The translations under genes and the position numbers were made by a program. A stretch of DNA of 61,841 nucleotides from Rhodospirillales bacterium (GTDB lineage Bacteria > Pseudomonadota > Alphaproteobacteria > Rhodospirillales > 2-02-FULL-58-16): positions 1 through 61,841 of the forward strand of contig DASCPW010000054.1 of the NCBI GenBank assembly GCA_036012725.1, given 5' to 3'. Every line of letters starts with the position of its first letter. Position 1 is the first letter of the stretch. This document shows, one piece after another, positions 17,685-28,265 of the stretch. Below the pieces are notes generated by a model that saw only the letters and a list, made by a program, of their open reading frames with translations, did no database searches and had not been told where the DNA came from.

Positions 17685-18725
17685 ATGAAGGTGGATGCTT
17701 TCGATTTCGACCTGCCGCCCCAGTTCATCGCCCAAAGGCCCATTGTCCCCAGGGACGCGTCGCGTCTTCTCGCCGTAGGGGAGACTTTTCGCGACCATGC
17801 CATCGGCGATTTGCCGAACCTGTTGCGGGCCGGCGACCTTCTTGTCTTCAACGACACCCGGGTGATCCCGACGCGTCTTGCCGGCAGGCGAGGCGCCGCG
17901 AAAGTGGAGGTGACACTTTTCAGGAAACAACTTGCCGGCCGCTGGCGGGCGTTCGCCAAGCCGGCGCGAAAACTCAAAATTGGTGAGCGGATCGATTTTG
18001 CCGATGGTTTTTTCGCCACAGTCGAAGCCAAGGGCCGAGATGGCGAGGTAACACTCGCTTTCGACCGTGGCGGCGATGATTTACGGGCGGCGCTGGAAGC
18101 CTTCGGGGCCATGCCCCTGCCGCCTTACATCAAGCGTAACACCCTTGCCGATGACCGCGACCGGTGCGATTATCAGACCGTTTTCGCCGTCAAGCCGGGC
18201 GCTGTGGCGGCGCCGACGGCGGGATTGCATTTCACGCCCCAACTGCTGGCGGCGCTGGACGCCAGGGGCATCAAGCGGACGGCCATCACCCTGCACGTCG
18301 GGGCCGGAACCTTTTTGCCGGTCCGGACCGAAGACACAGTGGATCACCAAATGCACCCCGAATGGGGCGAGATCGGCGAGGCGGCAGTAGCCGCCGTCAA
18401 AGCCGCCCAAGCCGCCGGCGGACGCCTCGTCGCGGTTGGCTCGACATCGCTGAGGCTTTTGGAGACGGCGGCCGGCGGCGACGGGCGCATATCCCCGTTC
18501 AGCGGCGAGACCGATATTTTTATTACCCCCGGACACCGCTTCAGGATCGTCGATTTGCTGCTTACCAACTTTCATTTGCCGCGTTCCACCCTCTTTATGC
18601 TGGTCGCCGCCTTCGCCGGCCTGGAGACCATGAAACGGGCCTATGAACACGCCAAGCGGGGCGGCTACCGGTTCTATTCCTATGGCGATAGCTGCCTGCT
18701 CGAACATAAGGAGGCGCATCGGTGA
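17685..18725 (+). CDS. queA: S-adenosylmethionine:tRNA ribosyltransferase-isomerase
   Basis: The ORF reads [19 protein letters not shown]...SRLL... and contains PLPPYI, TAGLHFT and [12 protein letters not shown]. Confidence 0.92.
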   Translation: MKVDAFDFDLPPQFIAQRPIVPRDASRLLAVGETFRDHAIGDLPNLLRAGDLLVFNDTRVIPTRLAGRRGAAKVEVTLFRKQLAGRWRAFAKPARKLKIGERIDFADGFFATVEAKGRDGEVTLAFDRGGDDLRAALEAFGAMPLPPYIKRNTLADDRDRCDYQTVFAVKPGAVAAPTAGLHFTPQLLAALDARGIKRTAITLHVGAGTFLPVRTEDTVDHQMHPEWGEIGEAAVAAVKAAQAAGGRLVAVGSTSLRLLETAAGGDGRISPFSGETDIFITPGHRFRIVDLLLTNFHLPRSTLFMLVAAFAGLETMKRAYEHAKRGGYRFYSYGDSCLLEHKEAHR

Positions 18726-19849
18726 GCGGCACCAGCTTCGAACTTCTCGCCACCGACGGCGGCGCCCGGCGGGGACGGCTGACGACCGGACGCGGGTCCA
18801 TCGAAACGCCGGCCTTCATGCCGGTGGGCACGGCGGCGACGGTCAAGGCGATGGCGCCGGACGCGGTGGCGGCGACGGGAGCAGAGATCATTCTCGGCAA
18901 TACCTACCATTTGATGTTGCGCCCGGGTACCGAGACCATCGAGGCGCTCGGTGGTTTGCACCGCTTCATGAATTGGCCGGGACCGATCCTTACCGATTCC
19001 GGCGGCTTTCAGGTGATGTCCCTGGCCAAGCTCAGAACCATCAATGAGGACGGTGTCGTCTTCCAGTCCCACATCGACGGCAGCCGCCACCAATTGACGG
19101 CGGAGAAATCCGTGCGCCTTCAGCACGCCCTCGGCGCCGATATCAGCATGGCTTTCGACGAATGCACCCCCTTCCCGGCGACCAAAGATGAGGTCGCCAG
19201 CTCCATGCGCCTGTCCATGCATTGGGCCGAACGTTCGAAAGCGGCCTTCGAGGAACGCCCGGGCTTCGGCCTTTTCGGCATCAATCAGGGAGGCGTTCAC
19301 GGGGACTTGCGCGCCGAATCCGCCGATGCCTTGAAGGCCATCGATTTTGACGGCTACGCCATCGGCGGCTTGGCCGTCGGCGAAGGCCAAGAGGCCCTGT
19401 TCGAGATCGTCGAGTTCAGCACGCCGCTTTTCCCCGCCGGGCGCCCCCGCTATCTGATGGGCGTCGGCAAGCCCGATGATTTGGTCGGCGCCGTCGGGCA
19501 CGGCATTGACATGTTCGATTGCGTCATGCCGACCCGTTCCGGGCGCACCGGTCAGGCCTTTACCCGCTTTGGCAGCATTAACTTGCGCAACGCGCGCCAT
19601 GCCGCCGACCCCCGCCCCCTGGACGAGGATTGCGCTTGCCCGGCCTGCCGAAATTACAGCCGCGCCTATTTGAACCATCTGCTTCAGGCCAAGGAAATCC
19701 TCGCTTCGATGCTGCTAACCTGGCACAACTTGCATTACTATCAGGATCTGATGGCGGCCATGCGCCGGGCCATTGCCGAGGCAACCTTCGCCGCTTTCGC
19801 CGCCGCTTTCACTGACGAACAGGCGGCCGGCGACATCGAGAGGATATAA
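18722..19849 (+). CDS. tgt: tRNA-guanine transglycosylase
   Basis: A GTG start overlaps the queA stop. The ORF contains [37 protein letters not shown] and the Zn site CxCxxC...H ([17 protein letters not shown]). Confidence 0.95.
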   Translation: MSGTSFELLATDGGARRGRLTTGRGSIETPAFMPVGTAATVKAMAPDAVAATGAEIILGNTYHLMLRPGTETIEALGGLHRFMNWPGPILTDSGGFQVMSLAKLRTINEDGVVFQSHIDGSRHQLTAEKSVRLQHALGADISMAFDECTPFPATKDEVASSMRLSMHWAERSKAAFEERPGFGLFGINQGGVHGDLRAESADALKAIDFDGYAIGGLAVGEGQEALFEIVEFSTPLFPAGRPRYLMGVGKPDDLVGAVGHGIDMFDCVMPTRSGRTGQAFTRFGSINLRNARHAADPRPLDEDCACPACRNYSRAYLNHLLQAKEILASMLLTWHNLHYYQDLMAAMRRAIAEATFAAFAAAFTDEQAAGDIERI

Positions 19850-19858
19850 GGGCGGCCA

Positions 19859-20323
19859 ATGACGAAACCTGTCTACGAGACCCTGACCCAATTGGGTGGC
19901 AAGGCCGAAATCCCGGCCTCTCCCGAAGAGGCAGCACTTGAATGCGTAGCCGACCCACGGGCCAAGACCGATTACATGGTCCGTTTCAGCTGCCCGGAGT
20001 TCACTTCGCTCTGCCCGGTGACCGGCCAGCCGGACTTCGCCCACCTGGTCATCGATTACGCGCCCGATGCGCTAATCGTCGAGAGTAAATCCTTGAAATT
20101 CTATCTGGCGTCGTTTCGCAACCACGGCGCCTTCCACGAGGACTGCACGGTGGCAATTGCTAAGAAGATAGAAGCGGCGGCGAAACCGAAATGGTTGCGC
20201 ATCGGCGGCTACTGGTTTCCGCGCGGCGGTATCCCCATCGACGTCTTCTACCAGACCGGCGAGCCGCCGAAAGGCTTGTGGATTCCCGACCAGGGGGTGG
20301 TGCCTTACAAGGGGCGGGGATAA
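19859..20323 (+). CDS. queF: NADPH-dependent 7-cyano-7-deazaguanine reductase (unimodular type)
   Basis: It contains [13 protein letters not shown] and the QueF motif [15 protein letters not shown]. It is 154 aa. Confidence 0.9.
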   Translation: MTKPVYETLTQLGGKAEIPASPEEAALECVADPRAKTDYMVRFSCPEFTSLCPVTGQPDFAHLVIDYAPDALIVESKSLKFYLASFRNHGAFHEDCTVAIAKKIEAAAKPKWLRIGGYWFPRGGIPIDVFYQTGEPPKGLWIPDQGVVPYKGRG

Positions 20324-20324
20324 T

Positions 20325-20687
20325 TCATTCGTTCTCGCCTTGGTAGACACAGCCGGCGGCGCAGGTCTCCCGCAACACCACCTTGCTCAGGCCCGGCAGG
20401 CGGGGCGCCAGCCGCCGCCAGATCCAGCGGGCGATATTCTCGCTGGTCGGATTTTCCAGTCCTTCGACCTCGTTCAGATAGCGGTGGTCGAGTTGGTCGT
20501 GAAGCGGCTGAAAAGCCGCCGCGATGGTTGCGAAATCGGCGACCCAGCCGAGGCCGGAATCAAGCTCGCCGCCGACATGAATTTCGGCCGCGAATGAATG
20601 GCCGTGCAGGCGCCGGCACTTGTGATCCTCGGGCAAATTGGGCAGCCGGTGCGCCGCTTCGAAAGTGAATTCTTTGTAGATGTCCAT
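20325..20687 (-). CDS. queD: 6-carboxy-5,6,7,8-tetrahydropterin synthase
   Basis: The ORF reads MDIYKEFTFEAAHRLPNLPEDHKCRRLHGHSF. Starts at 20693 or 20702 are also possible. Confidence 0.9.
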   Translation of the reverse strand: MDIYKEFTFEAAHRLPNLPEDHKCRRLHGHSFAAEIHVGGELDSGLGWVADFATIAAAFQPLHDQLDHRYLNEVEGLENPTSENIARWIWRRLAPRLPGLSKVVLRETCAAGCVYQGENE

Positions 20688-20698
20688 TGCCATCGCTT

Positions 20699-21331
20699 TC
20701 AAGGGATGCCGAGAAATTTATGAATTTGCAAGCTTAACCGCCATTGCGGATGTCCCAGACAGTACCGCGTCGCCAATTCGGTATTGCGGGCCCGCTCGGC
20801 GCCGTCCATGGGCTGCAGGAAGAAGTGCCGGAAATCGAGCCTTTCGAATTGTTCGGGATCGGCCCCTTCTTGAGGGTAGACGAGCTTCAGCTCATCACCG
20901 CTTGTCCGCGCTAGTGGGGCGCCTGCCTTCGGGCTGACGCAGATCCAGTCAACACCATCCGGTACCGGCAGGGTGCCGTTGGTTTCGATCGCGACATAAA
21001 AACCGGCGTCACCGAGCGCGGCGGCGGCGGCGGCGTCCAGTTGCAACAAGGGCTCGCCGCCGGTGCAGACGACCAGCGGAGACCCCGGCGCCACGGCCCA
21101 TTTGGCCTTGGCGGCGGCGGCCAGCTCCCGGGCGCCGGTAAAGATGCCGCCACCATCGCCATCGGTGCCGAGAAAATCGGTGTCGCAAAAAGCGCAAACG
21201 GCGGCGGCTCGGTCCTTTTCCAGGCCGGACCACAGGTTGCAGCCGGCAAACCGGCACAAGACGGCGGGGCGCCCAGCGTTGGCGCCCTCGCCCTGGAGGG
21301 TGAAGACGAGTTCCTTGACCCTGTAAGCCAT
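20699..21331 (-). CDS. queE: 7-carboxy-7-deazaguanine synthase (radical SAM)
   Basis: The ORF reads [34 protein letters not shown]...CDTDF...TGGEPLLQ. Its ATG overlaps the queC stop (TAATG). The longer track ORF is an upstream extension. Confidence 0.9.
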   Translation of the reverse strand: MAYRVKELVFTLQGEGANAGRPAVLCRFAGCNLWSGLEKDRAAAVCAFCDTDFLGTDGDGGGIFTGARELAAAAKAKWAVAPGSPLVVCTGGEPLLQLDAAAAAALGDAGFYVAIETNGTLPVPDGVDWICVSPKAGAPLARTSGDELKLVYPQEGADPEQFERLDFRHFFLQPMDGAERARNTELATRYCLGHPQWRLSLQIHKFLGIP

Positions 21332-22041
21332 TACCCGCCACCGCCGCCGGCCGAGTAACAAAGTGGATCGGCCAAGCCGGCTTCCTCGAAACCCTTTAGT
21401 CTCAGCAGACAGGCGTCGCAGCGGCCGCAAGGGGCGCCGCCGGGACCGGGGTCGTAGCAGCTCATGGTCAATCCATAATCGACGCCCAGATCCAGGCCCT
21501 TGCGGATGATCCCAGCCTTGCCCAGCTTGATGAGGGGAGCGCGGATGGTGATTTTCCGCTTTCCCTCGACGCTGGCCTTGGTCGCCAGGTTGGCCATGAC
21601 CTCGAAGGCGCCGATGTATTCTTCGCGGCAATCGGGATAGCCGCTGTAATCAAGCGCGTTGACGCCGATAAAAATATCGTGCGCCGCCTCGACTTCCGCG
21701 AACGCCAGGGCATGGGAAAGAAAGATGGTATTGCGGGCCGGAACGTAAGTGACGGGGATGGCGGCGCCGATCTCGGCCACCTTGCGGTCCTTCGGCACCT
21801 CGATATTGCCGGTCAGGGCCGAGCCGCCGAAGGCGCGGAGGTCGATCTCGGCGATGATGTGCTTTTCGACCGCCGCCGCCCGGGCGATCCGCTCGGCCGC
21901 CGTGACCTCCGCTTGATGGCGTTGGCCATAACGGAAAGTCAGGGCAAGAGTGGTGAATCCGGCCTCCAGGGCGATGGCGAGAACGGTGGCAGAGTCCAAG
22001 CCGCCGCTCAGCAACACCACTGCCTTGGGTTTTTCGCTCAT
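21331..22041 (-). CDS. queC: 7-cyano-7-deazaguanine synthase
   Basis: It contains [15 protein letters not shown] and a C-terminal Zn cluster, [20 protein letters not shown]. Confidence 0.95.
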   Translation of the reverse strand: MSEKPKAVVLLSGGLDSATVLAIALEAGFTTLALTFRYGQRHQAEVTAAERIARAAAVEKHIIAEIDLRAFGGSALTGNIEVPKDRKVAEIGAAIPVTYVPARNTIFLSHALAFAEVEAAHDIFIGVNALDYSGYPDCREEYIGAFEVMANLATKASVEGKRKITIRAPLIKLGKAGIIRKGLDLGVDYGLTMSCYDPGPGGAPCGRCDACLLRLKGFEEAGLADPLCYSAGGGGG

Positions 22042-22120
22042 TGCCTAGTGTTCCGTCTCATTGCCGTCCTTCCAAGGACTGGGTAGATATCATATAGGAA
22101 ATGTGTCTGGCGAGGAGGCG

Positions 22121-23173
22121 ATGAACAAGGTCAAGGAAGCCATCCGCGAAAAAGCGCGGGCGCTGGGTTTCGATGCCGTCGGCTTTTGCTCCGCCGACAC
22201 CAACCATCGGCGGAAAAGCGACCTGGCGGCGTTTCTGGCCCTGGGCCGGCACGGCGACATGGCCTGGATGGCCGATACCGCAAAACGTCGTGCCGCGCCG
22301 AAAGCGCTGTGGCCGGAAGCTTGCGGTATCGTCGTCCTCGGTATGAACTACGGGCCGGCGTCCGATCCCCTGGCCGGCCTTCGCCGCCGCCGCCGGGGTA
22401 TGGTCAGCGTCTATGCGCAAGGCGCCGACTACCACTCCTTCATCAAGAAGCGTCTCAAGCAGCTAGCGCGATGGATGTGCGAACGCCACGGCGGTCAAGT
22501 CAAGGTTTTCGTCGATACCGCGCCGGTGATGGAAAAGCCGCTGGCCGCTAGCGCCGGGCTCGGCTGGCAGGGCAAGCACAGCAACCTGGTTTCGCGGGAT
22601 TTCGGTTCCTGGTTGTTCTTAGCGGAAGTGTTCACGACTCTCGAATTGCCAGCGGACGATCCGGCCACCGATCTTTGCGGCTCGTGCAACCGTTGCCGGG
22701 AGGCCTGTCCGACGGAGGCCTTGTCCGAACCCTATAGAATCGACGCCAGCCGCTGCATCTCATACCTGACCATCGAGAATAAGGGAACGATTCCAGATCC
22801 CTTGAAGGAAAAAATGGGCAACCGCATCTTTGGTTGCGACGATTGCTTGGCGGTCTGTCCGTGGAACAAATATGCATTACCTACGCACCACGACAGGTTC
22901 TTTCCCAGACCGCAGGCAACGGCGCCCCGCTTGGCCGATCTCGCCAACTTGGATGATGCCGCTTTCTGCGAGATTTTCGCCGGCTCCCCCATCAAGCGCC
23001 TGGGCCACGACCGATTGCTGCGCAACTTGCTTATCGCCGCTGGCAACAGTGGCGAGGCCGGCCTCGCCAAGACGGCCAATGGCCATTTGGATTCCCCTTC
23101 GCCGCTGGTCCGGGAAGCCGCCGCCTGGGCGTTTGAGCGATTGCGCAAAAAGTCTTCTCCTTCGCCCCGTTGA
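22121..23173 (+). CDS. queG: epoxyqueuosine reductase
   Basis: The ORF reads MNKVKEAIREKARALGFDAVGF... and contains CGSCNRCREACPTEAL and GCDDCLAVCPWNK. A GAGGAGG RBS lies upstream. Confidence 0.9.
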   Translation: MNKVKEAIREKARALGFDAVGFCSADTNHRRKSDLAAFLALGRHGDMAWMADTAKRRAAPKALWPEACGIVVLGMNYGPASDPLAGLRRRRRGMVSVYAQGADYHSFIKKRLKQLARWMCERHGGQVKVFVDTAPVMEKPLAASAGLGWQGKHSNLVSRDFGSWLFLAEVFTTLELPADDPATDLCGSCNRCREACPTEALSEPYRIDASRCISYLTIENKGTIPDPLKEKMGNRIFGCDDCLAVCPWNKYALPTHHDRFFPRPQATAPRLADLANLDDAAFCEIFAGSPIKRLGHDRLLRNLLIAAGNSGEAGLAKTANGHLDSPSPLVREAAAWAFERLRKKSSPSPR

Positions 23174-23263
23174 TGGGGCCGGCGCATTTTTGCGTTGCGG
23201 GCCAATTTCGGTTTATGGTCACCCAAACGAAGCCGTCGAGGAGGAGGGGTTCGCGGCGCGGCC

Positions 23264-24024
23264 ATGAAAGCACTGACCAGCAAGGACATGGAGACCGTCC
23301 GCCGGACGCCGCAGTTCGCGGAGTTGCCGGAGAGCGTACTCGGCCGCGTTGTTGAGATCTCGCGAATGGCCGAGCATCCCCGCGGCAAACTTCTTTTTTT
23401 GAGGAGAGAGGCGGCCAATCGGTTTTTTTCTCATCCTCGAAGGCTGGATCAAGATGTTCCGTGATACGAGTGAGGGGGAACAGACGGTGGTGGCCATACT
23501 CAGAACCGGGGAAACGGTCGCCGAGGCGGCGATTTTCATGGGCGATTTTTATCCGGCCAGCGGCGAAGTGGTGGACGACGTCCGACTACTGGAAATTCCT
23601 TCGGCGCCGTTCCTGCGGCTTCTCCGCGAGGACGGTGCGCTTGCCTTGAAGATGCTGGGAACCCTGTCGAATCGGCTGCACAAACTGATTCTCCGCATCG
23701 AGCAATTGCAGGCCCAATCCACGCCGCAACGGCTAAGCGATTTCCTGCTCAGCCTGAGCGAGGCTCATGAGGGAACGGCGATTATCAAACTTCCTTACGA
23801 CAAGTCCTTGGTCGCCGCCCATTTGGGAATGAAACCGGAAAGCCTGTAGCGAGCGCTGGCAAAATTACGGAAAAATGGCGTCATAGCCAAGGGCCAGCAT
23901 GTCAAATTGACCGACATCCCGGCATTGCGCTGCTACTGCAATGACAGAAAGCGGAACCGATCACCGCTGATGAATTTTCATCCGCCCGACCCATCGGCCC
24001 GTGGGCCCGTCAAAACCGGCCAGT
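23264..24024 (+). pseudogene. Crp/Fnr-family regulator (NnrR-like by context), disrupted
   Basis: A cNMP-binding N-terminus is in frame 2, ending ...ANRFF. The reading frame is restored (RFFLILEGWIKMFRDTSEGEQTVVAIL) if the T7 run at 23423-23429 is read as T6. An in-frame TAG at 23847-23849 sits where the HTH reads ...KPESL(*)RALAKLRKNGVI. The 3' end is uncertain. Confidence 0.7.
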
Positions 24025-25174
24025 AGACCACCAAAAAAATGGTAAAGGCCGACACCCATAGAAGCCCCGCGGCAATGACGAGGTTTCCGTAACCTTCCCC
24101 ATGGGCGAACGGCGCGGCGATCCGCGCAATCGCCGCCAAGGTGAGCAGAACATACGCCACCATGATCGACCGGTTAACCACAAAAGGCCGCCCCGTGTGA
24201 CCCAGCGAGGCTCGCGTCATCACCGCCAACACCATGGTCCCAATAGCGCCGATGGTCAGGGCGTGAAGGGCGGTGCCGACCGGCATCATATGGGTCAGCC
24301 CGGCCAAGCCCCGGCAGGCGAAACCGACCGACAACCAGGCATGACCCAAATGAAGAACCCATAAAATGGGTTGCCCGAAGGTCTTGGCTGTCGCCCAATA
24401 CCTCATGCGCAAGGCCAGGGCCAGCGCCGCGGCCAGGGCCGGAACACCGCCAATCCAGCCGCCGGCGCCAGCCAAGTCGGCGGCGGCGGTGGCGATGATG
24501 GCAAGGAAAGCCGCCCTTTCCACTAACGGCTGGGAACGAATCCTGGCAAACTCGCCTTTGGCGCTCAGCGCATTGGCGGTAAAATTGGGGATCATCCGCC
24601 CGGACAGCACCGTCATCATCAAGATAAACGTGTAAAGCGCCAGGTAGAGGCCGGAAAACCCGGTGTCGTCGGTGAGTTCCAACAACTCCAGGTGAAAAAG
24701 GAAATTGGCGGTAAACAAGAGAATAAGAAAGACCAGAAAGAAAAGATTACGGCGCTGCCCCGAGCCCAAAATCGGCGGGATCAAATAGAAAATAACGGCC
24801 GGGATCAGGGCCAGGTCGGCCACCGCTACCACCGGCGGAGGAAGACTGCCTTGCAACCAGAAAGTAATCCGGCCGGCAAACCACAACGCCACCAGAAAGG
24901 CCAGCCGGCCGCCCCGTTCCGGGGGCGTTTTCGTCCACGAGGGCACCGCCGTCAGAAAAAACCCCGTCGCCGCCGCCATGGCGAAGCCGAACAGCATTTC
25001 ATGGCCGTGCCACAAAACCGGCGCCATGGTCTTGGAAAGGCCCAGCCAGCCGGTGTAAAAGGCGGGCCAAACGGCCAGGGAAAAAGCCCCGAAGATTCCG
25101 GTGAGCAGGAAAAAAGGGCGGAACCCATAAGACAAAATTGTGACGGGTTCGTTCAGTTCCCGGGCGGACGGCAT
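23978..25174 (-). CDS. nnrS: NnrS family protein (heme/copper membrane protein of the NO response)
   Basis: It contains [14 protein letters not shown]...[10 protein letters not shown]...[10 protein letters not shown] and multiple TM segments. I chose the start at 25174 ([22 protein letters not shown]). The longer track ORF looks like a spurious extension. Confidence 0.85.
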   Translation of the reverse strand: MPSARELNEPVTILSYGFRPFFLLTGIFGAFSLAVWPAFYTGWLGLSKTMAPVLWHGHEMLFGFAMAAATGFFLTAVPSWTKTPPERGGRLAFLVALWFAGRITFWLQGSLPPPVVAVADLALIPAVIFYLIPPILGSGQRRNLFFLVFLILLFTANFLFHLELLELTDDTGFSGLYLALYTFILMMTVLSGRMIPNFTANALSAKGEFARIRSQPLVERAAFLAIIATAAADLAGAGGWIGGVPALAAALALALRMRYWATAKTFGQPILWVLHLGHAWLSVGFACRGLAGLTHMMPVGTALHALTIGAIGTMVLAVMTRASLGHTGRPFVVNRSIMVAYVLLTLAAIARIAAPFAHGEGYGNLVIAAGLLWVSAFTIFLVVYWPVLTGPRADGSGG

Positions 25175-25247
25175 GAAGAGGACCTTGATTTTCGTTGGCT
25201 TGGCTGGAAATTTGGCCGAAGATAACAGTTCCCCGGAGATTGGCGCA

Positions 25248-26081
25248 ATGACGACTTTCAGGATAAACCAGACCGCCGCCTCCGCCGTCGCGGTCATTAT
25301 CATTATCATCCTCGCCGCCGTCCCCGCCTGTGGCGGGGAATGGCAGCCCGGCGAAGTCTTCCGTGATTGCCGCCAGTGCCCCGAGATCGTGGTGATCCCC
25401 GCCGGCTCTTTTGTCATGGGCTCCGACGATCCGGGCGCCAGGGGACAGTTCAGAAAGGAAATGCCAGCTCACCCGGTCACCATCGAGCGTCCGTTCGCCA
25501 TCGGCAAATTCGAGGTCACTTTCGACGAATGGTGAGCTTGCCACGACGATGGCGGATGCACGATCAAACCCGACAATCACAAATGAGGGCGCGGCCGGCG
25601 CCCGGTCGTCAACATCACATTTGCCAATATCGGCGAATATCTCCGCTGGATTACCAACAAGACGGGCCATTCCTATCGTTTGCCAACGGAAGCCGAATGG
25701 GAATACGCGGCGAGAGCGGGAACCGCCACGGCTTACTCATGGGGTGACGAGGTCGGCACCGACAACGCCAATTGCCGGACCTGCGCCCCTGAGATCAGCC
25801 ACCAAACCTATCCGGTCGGTTCCTATAAACCCAATCCGTTCGGTCTCTACGACATCCACGGAAATGTCTGTGAGTGGGTCGAGGACTGCTGGAACCAGAA
25901 CCACAACGGCGCGCCAGTGGACGGTTCCGCCCGCCTTTCCGGCAATTGCCAGTACCGGGTGACGAGAAGCGGTTCCTGGTATTACGTTTCCACCAACGTT
26001 CGCGCGGCCTACCGCGCCAAATACCCCGCTAGGGCCTACAGTTACGGCATCGGCTTTCGCGTCCTCCGCGAACTGCCCTGA
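25248..26081 (+). pseudogene. formylglycine-generating-enzyme (SUMF1/FGE-sulfatase) family protein interrupted by two in-frame TGA codons
   Basis: The single frame reads MTTFRINQ..(TM)..[14 protein letters not shown]...[69 protein letters not shown]...GNVCEWVEDCW...RVTRSGSW...FRVLREL. The TGA codons are at 25533-25535 and 25584-25586. Confidence 0.75.
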
Positions 26082-26099
26082 CGGCGGCGGGATCGGAGA

Positions 26100-26759
26100 T
26101 CAGGATTGGCCGCCGTCGCGGGTTAGATCGTCGAGCTGCTTTTGCATCCGTCCGAGCTTGGCACGGAACTCATCCAGTTTTTTCTTGGACGGGCCGGAAA
26201 ATTGTTGTCCATCGCCGTCGCCCCCCTTGTTCTCCCCGGAACCACCGCCGTCGTGGCGCGGCGTCAACGTTTGCATGGCGTTCTCGAAAACCGCCATGTT
26301 TTGCTTGCCCATGTTCTTGAACCGGCCAAAGGATAGCGCCCCATCCTTGGCGTCGCGCATGTAATGGCGCATCTGCTCCTGATTGCGGGCGAACGAGTGC
26401 ATGGAATGGTCCAGATAGCGGGGCACCAGGGCCTGCAAGCTGTCACCATAGAAACTGATCAAATGACGGAGAAAGTCGATGGAAAGCAAGTGCCGCCCGC
26501 GCGCTTCTTCCTCGACGATAATATGGGTCAGAACGGTGCGGGTGATATCGTCGCCGGTGCTGGAATCATAAACGACAAAGTCCGTCCCATCCTTGACCAT
26601 CCGCGCCAACTGGACGAGGGTGACATAGGAACTGGTCGCCGTGTTGTAGAGGCGGCGGTTGGAGTATTTCTTGATGGTGATCGGCGCTTTTGCCGATCCG
26701 GGGGTGGCGGCGCCATTGCCGGCGATGCCGGCCTTGTCGTTCCCAGCCTTATTGTCCAT
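26100..26759 (-). CDS. phaR: polyhydroxyalkanoate synthesis repressor
   Basis: It contains ITIKKYSNRRLYNTATSSYVTLVQLARMVKDGTDFVVYDSSTGDDITRTVLTHII. The start at 26759 has a GGAG upstream. Longer starts up to 26843 are possible. Confidence 0.85.
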   Translation of the reverse strand: MDNKAGNDKAGIAGNGAATPGSAKAPITIKKYSNRRLYNTATSSYVTLVQLARMVKDGTDFVVYDSSTGDDITRTVLTHIIVEEEARGRHLLSIDFLRHLISFYGDSLQALVPRYLDHSMHSFARNQEQMRHYMRDAKDGALSFGRFKNMGKQNMAVFENAMQTLTPRHDGGGSGENKGGDGDGQQFSGPSKKKLDEFRAKLGRMQKQLDDLTRDGGQS

Positions 26760-26867
26760 GGCCAAATTTTCCGCTCCGGGTGATCCTGCCGTCGGTGCCA
26801 TGGACATGGGTAACACAAAAATATCCGGCGGAAAATGCTGCATTGCAATAAAATGCTCGCCACCCCC

Positions 26868-27482
26868 TCAAGCTTGCTCCTTGGGCACCGTTTCGCGCAT
26901 CGAGGGCCGCTTGCAAAATTCCTCGAACCAGTTGCTAAGGACCTCCCGGTCAGCCCGCCAACGGTCATCGGGAAAACGGAAATCCAGCCAACCGAGGGCG
27001 CAGCCGATGGAGATCTGGCCGATGGTGACGTCACCGGCCAGGAGACCGGCGTCGGCTTCCGCCTCGATCACGTCGTGTCCTCTTTCGACGCAGCTCTTTT
27101 GGCGCTCCGCCCAGGCCGCTGAACGCTCCCCTTGCGGGCGCCGGCCTTCGAGAAGCCGCAACACCGCCGCATCGAGAATGCCGTCGGCCAGAGCCTGTTG
27201 CCTGAGCACGATCCAACGGGCGCCGCCGGCCGGCGGGAACAGTTTGATCCCGTCATGGAGAGAGTCCAGGTACTCGCAGATGACCGGCGAATCATAGAGC
27301 ACCTCGCCACCGCCGGTGATCAGCGTCGGCACCTTGCCCAGGGGGTTGAGCACGACGATGTCGCCGTTCTCTTTCCAGACATTGGTGGGGATCAGTTCAA
27401 TGTCGTCCGCGAGACCGGTCTCGATGGCCATCACCATGACTTTGCGGACGTAAGGCGAAGTTGGCGAATAGCGGAGTTTCAT
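26868..27482 (-). CDS. glutathione S-transferase family protein
   Basis: The ORF reads MKLRYSPTSPYVRKVMV...NPLGKVPTL...LYDSPVICEYL, a GST N-terminal thioredoxin-like fold. Confidence 0.85.
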   Translation of the reverse strand: MKLRYSPTSPYVRKVMVMAIETGLADDIELIPTNVWKENGDIVVLNPLGKVPTLITGGGEVLYDSPVICEYLDSLHDGIKLFPPAGGARWIVLRQQALADGILDAAVLRLLEGRRPQGERSAAWAERQKSCVERGHDVIEAEADAGLLAGDVTIGQISIGCALGWLDFRFPDDRWRADREVLSNWFEEFCKRPSMRETVPKEQA

Positions 27483-27494
27483 GGGGTAATGGCC

Positions 27495-28265
27495 TCAGAA
27501 TCTATCCTTGCGCCGGCGGATTTCGGCAAAAACGGAAACCGCGTCCTTGCCGGCCAACCCAGCGGCTTTGATCAGCTCCGGCTGGTCGGCGCGCAGGAAA
27601 GGGTTGGCGGTTTTCTCTTCGGCCATGGTCGAGGGCACCGTCGGCTTGCCCGCCCACCTCAAGGCCTGGACGTTTTCGGCCCGCGCTTTCAGGGCCGCGT
27701 TGCCGGGCTCGATGGTGAGCGCGAAATCGGCATTGGCGCTGGTGTATTCATGGGCGCAATATACATTAGTCTCGTCGGGCAAGGCGCGAAGCTTGCTCAG
27801 GCTCGACCACATCTGCTCCGCTGTCCCCTCGAACAGCCGGCCGCAACCGAGCGAGAACAGAGCATCGCCGCTAAAAAGCGCCCGCGAGTCCTCGAACCAG
27901 TAAGCGACATGACCGCGGGTATGGCCGGGGACCAGGAACACCCGAGCCGTTTGTCCGCCGATAGCGACCTCGTCGCCCTCGCCGACCTCCATATCGACAC
28001 CGGGCGTGCTCGAAGCCTCGGCGCGCGAGCCGACGATTTTGCATCCCGTCGCCCGTTTGAGTTCCATATTGCCGCCCACATGATCGTCGTGATGATGGGT
28101 GTTGAGGATGTGGGTAAGCTTCCACCCCAGACGGTCCAGCGCAGCGCACACCGGACCCGCCACCGCCGGGTCGACAGCGGCCGTGGCTCCCGTTCCCGGA
28201 TCGTGGGCGAGGTAGGCATAGTTGTCGGAGAGAATGGGGATATACTGAATTTCAAGAGAAGGCAT
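27495..28265 (-). CDS. gloB: hydroxyacylglutathione hydrolase (glyoxalase II)
   Basis: It contains IPILSDNYAYL, THHHDDHVGGN and PGHTRGHV. The ATG at 28265 has an AGGTGA RBS. Confidence 0.9.
   Translation of the reverse strand: MPSLEIQYIPILSDNYAYLAHDPGTGATAAVDPAVAGPVCAALDRLGWKLTHILNTHHHDDHVGGNMELKRATGCKIVGSRAEASSTPGVDMEVGEGDEVAIGGQTARVFLVPGHTRGHVAYWFEDSRALFSGDALFSLGCGRLFEGTAEQMWSSLSKLRALPDETNVYCAHEYTSANADFALTIEPGNAALKARAENVQALRWAGKPTVPSTMAEEKTANPFLRADQPELIKAAGLAGKDAVSVFAEIRRRKDRF

Noticed and set aside
22042-22120. A preQ1 riboswitch in front of queC, or elsewhere in the que locus.
   Set aside because: The queC 5' region is only 79 bp and is shared with the queG promoter. It lacks the A-rich tail/ACUA-type preQ1-I signature. 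Nothing comparable lies upstream of queA or queF.
25533-25586. Selenocysteine or Trp recoding of the two in-frame TGA codons in the FGE-like gene as the primary interpretation.
   Set aside because: TGA is used as a genuine stop by several neighbouring genes. The second TGA replaces what is probably a structural Trp rather than a redox residue. I saw no obvious SECIS hairpin. Neighbouring genes are also decayed. I kept it as a low-probability alternative in the finding.
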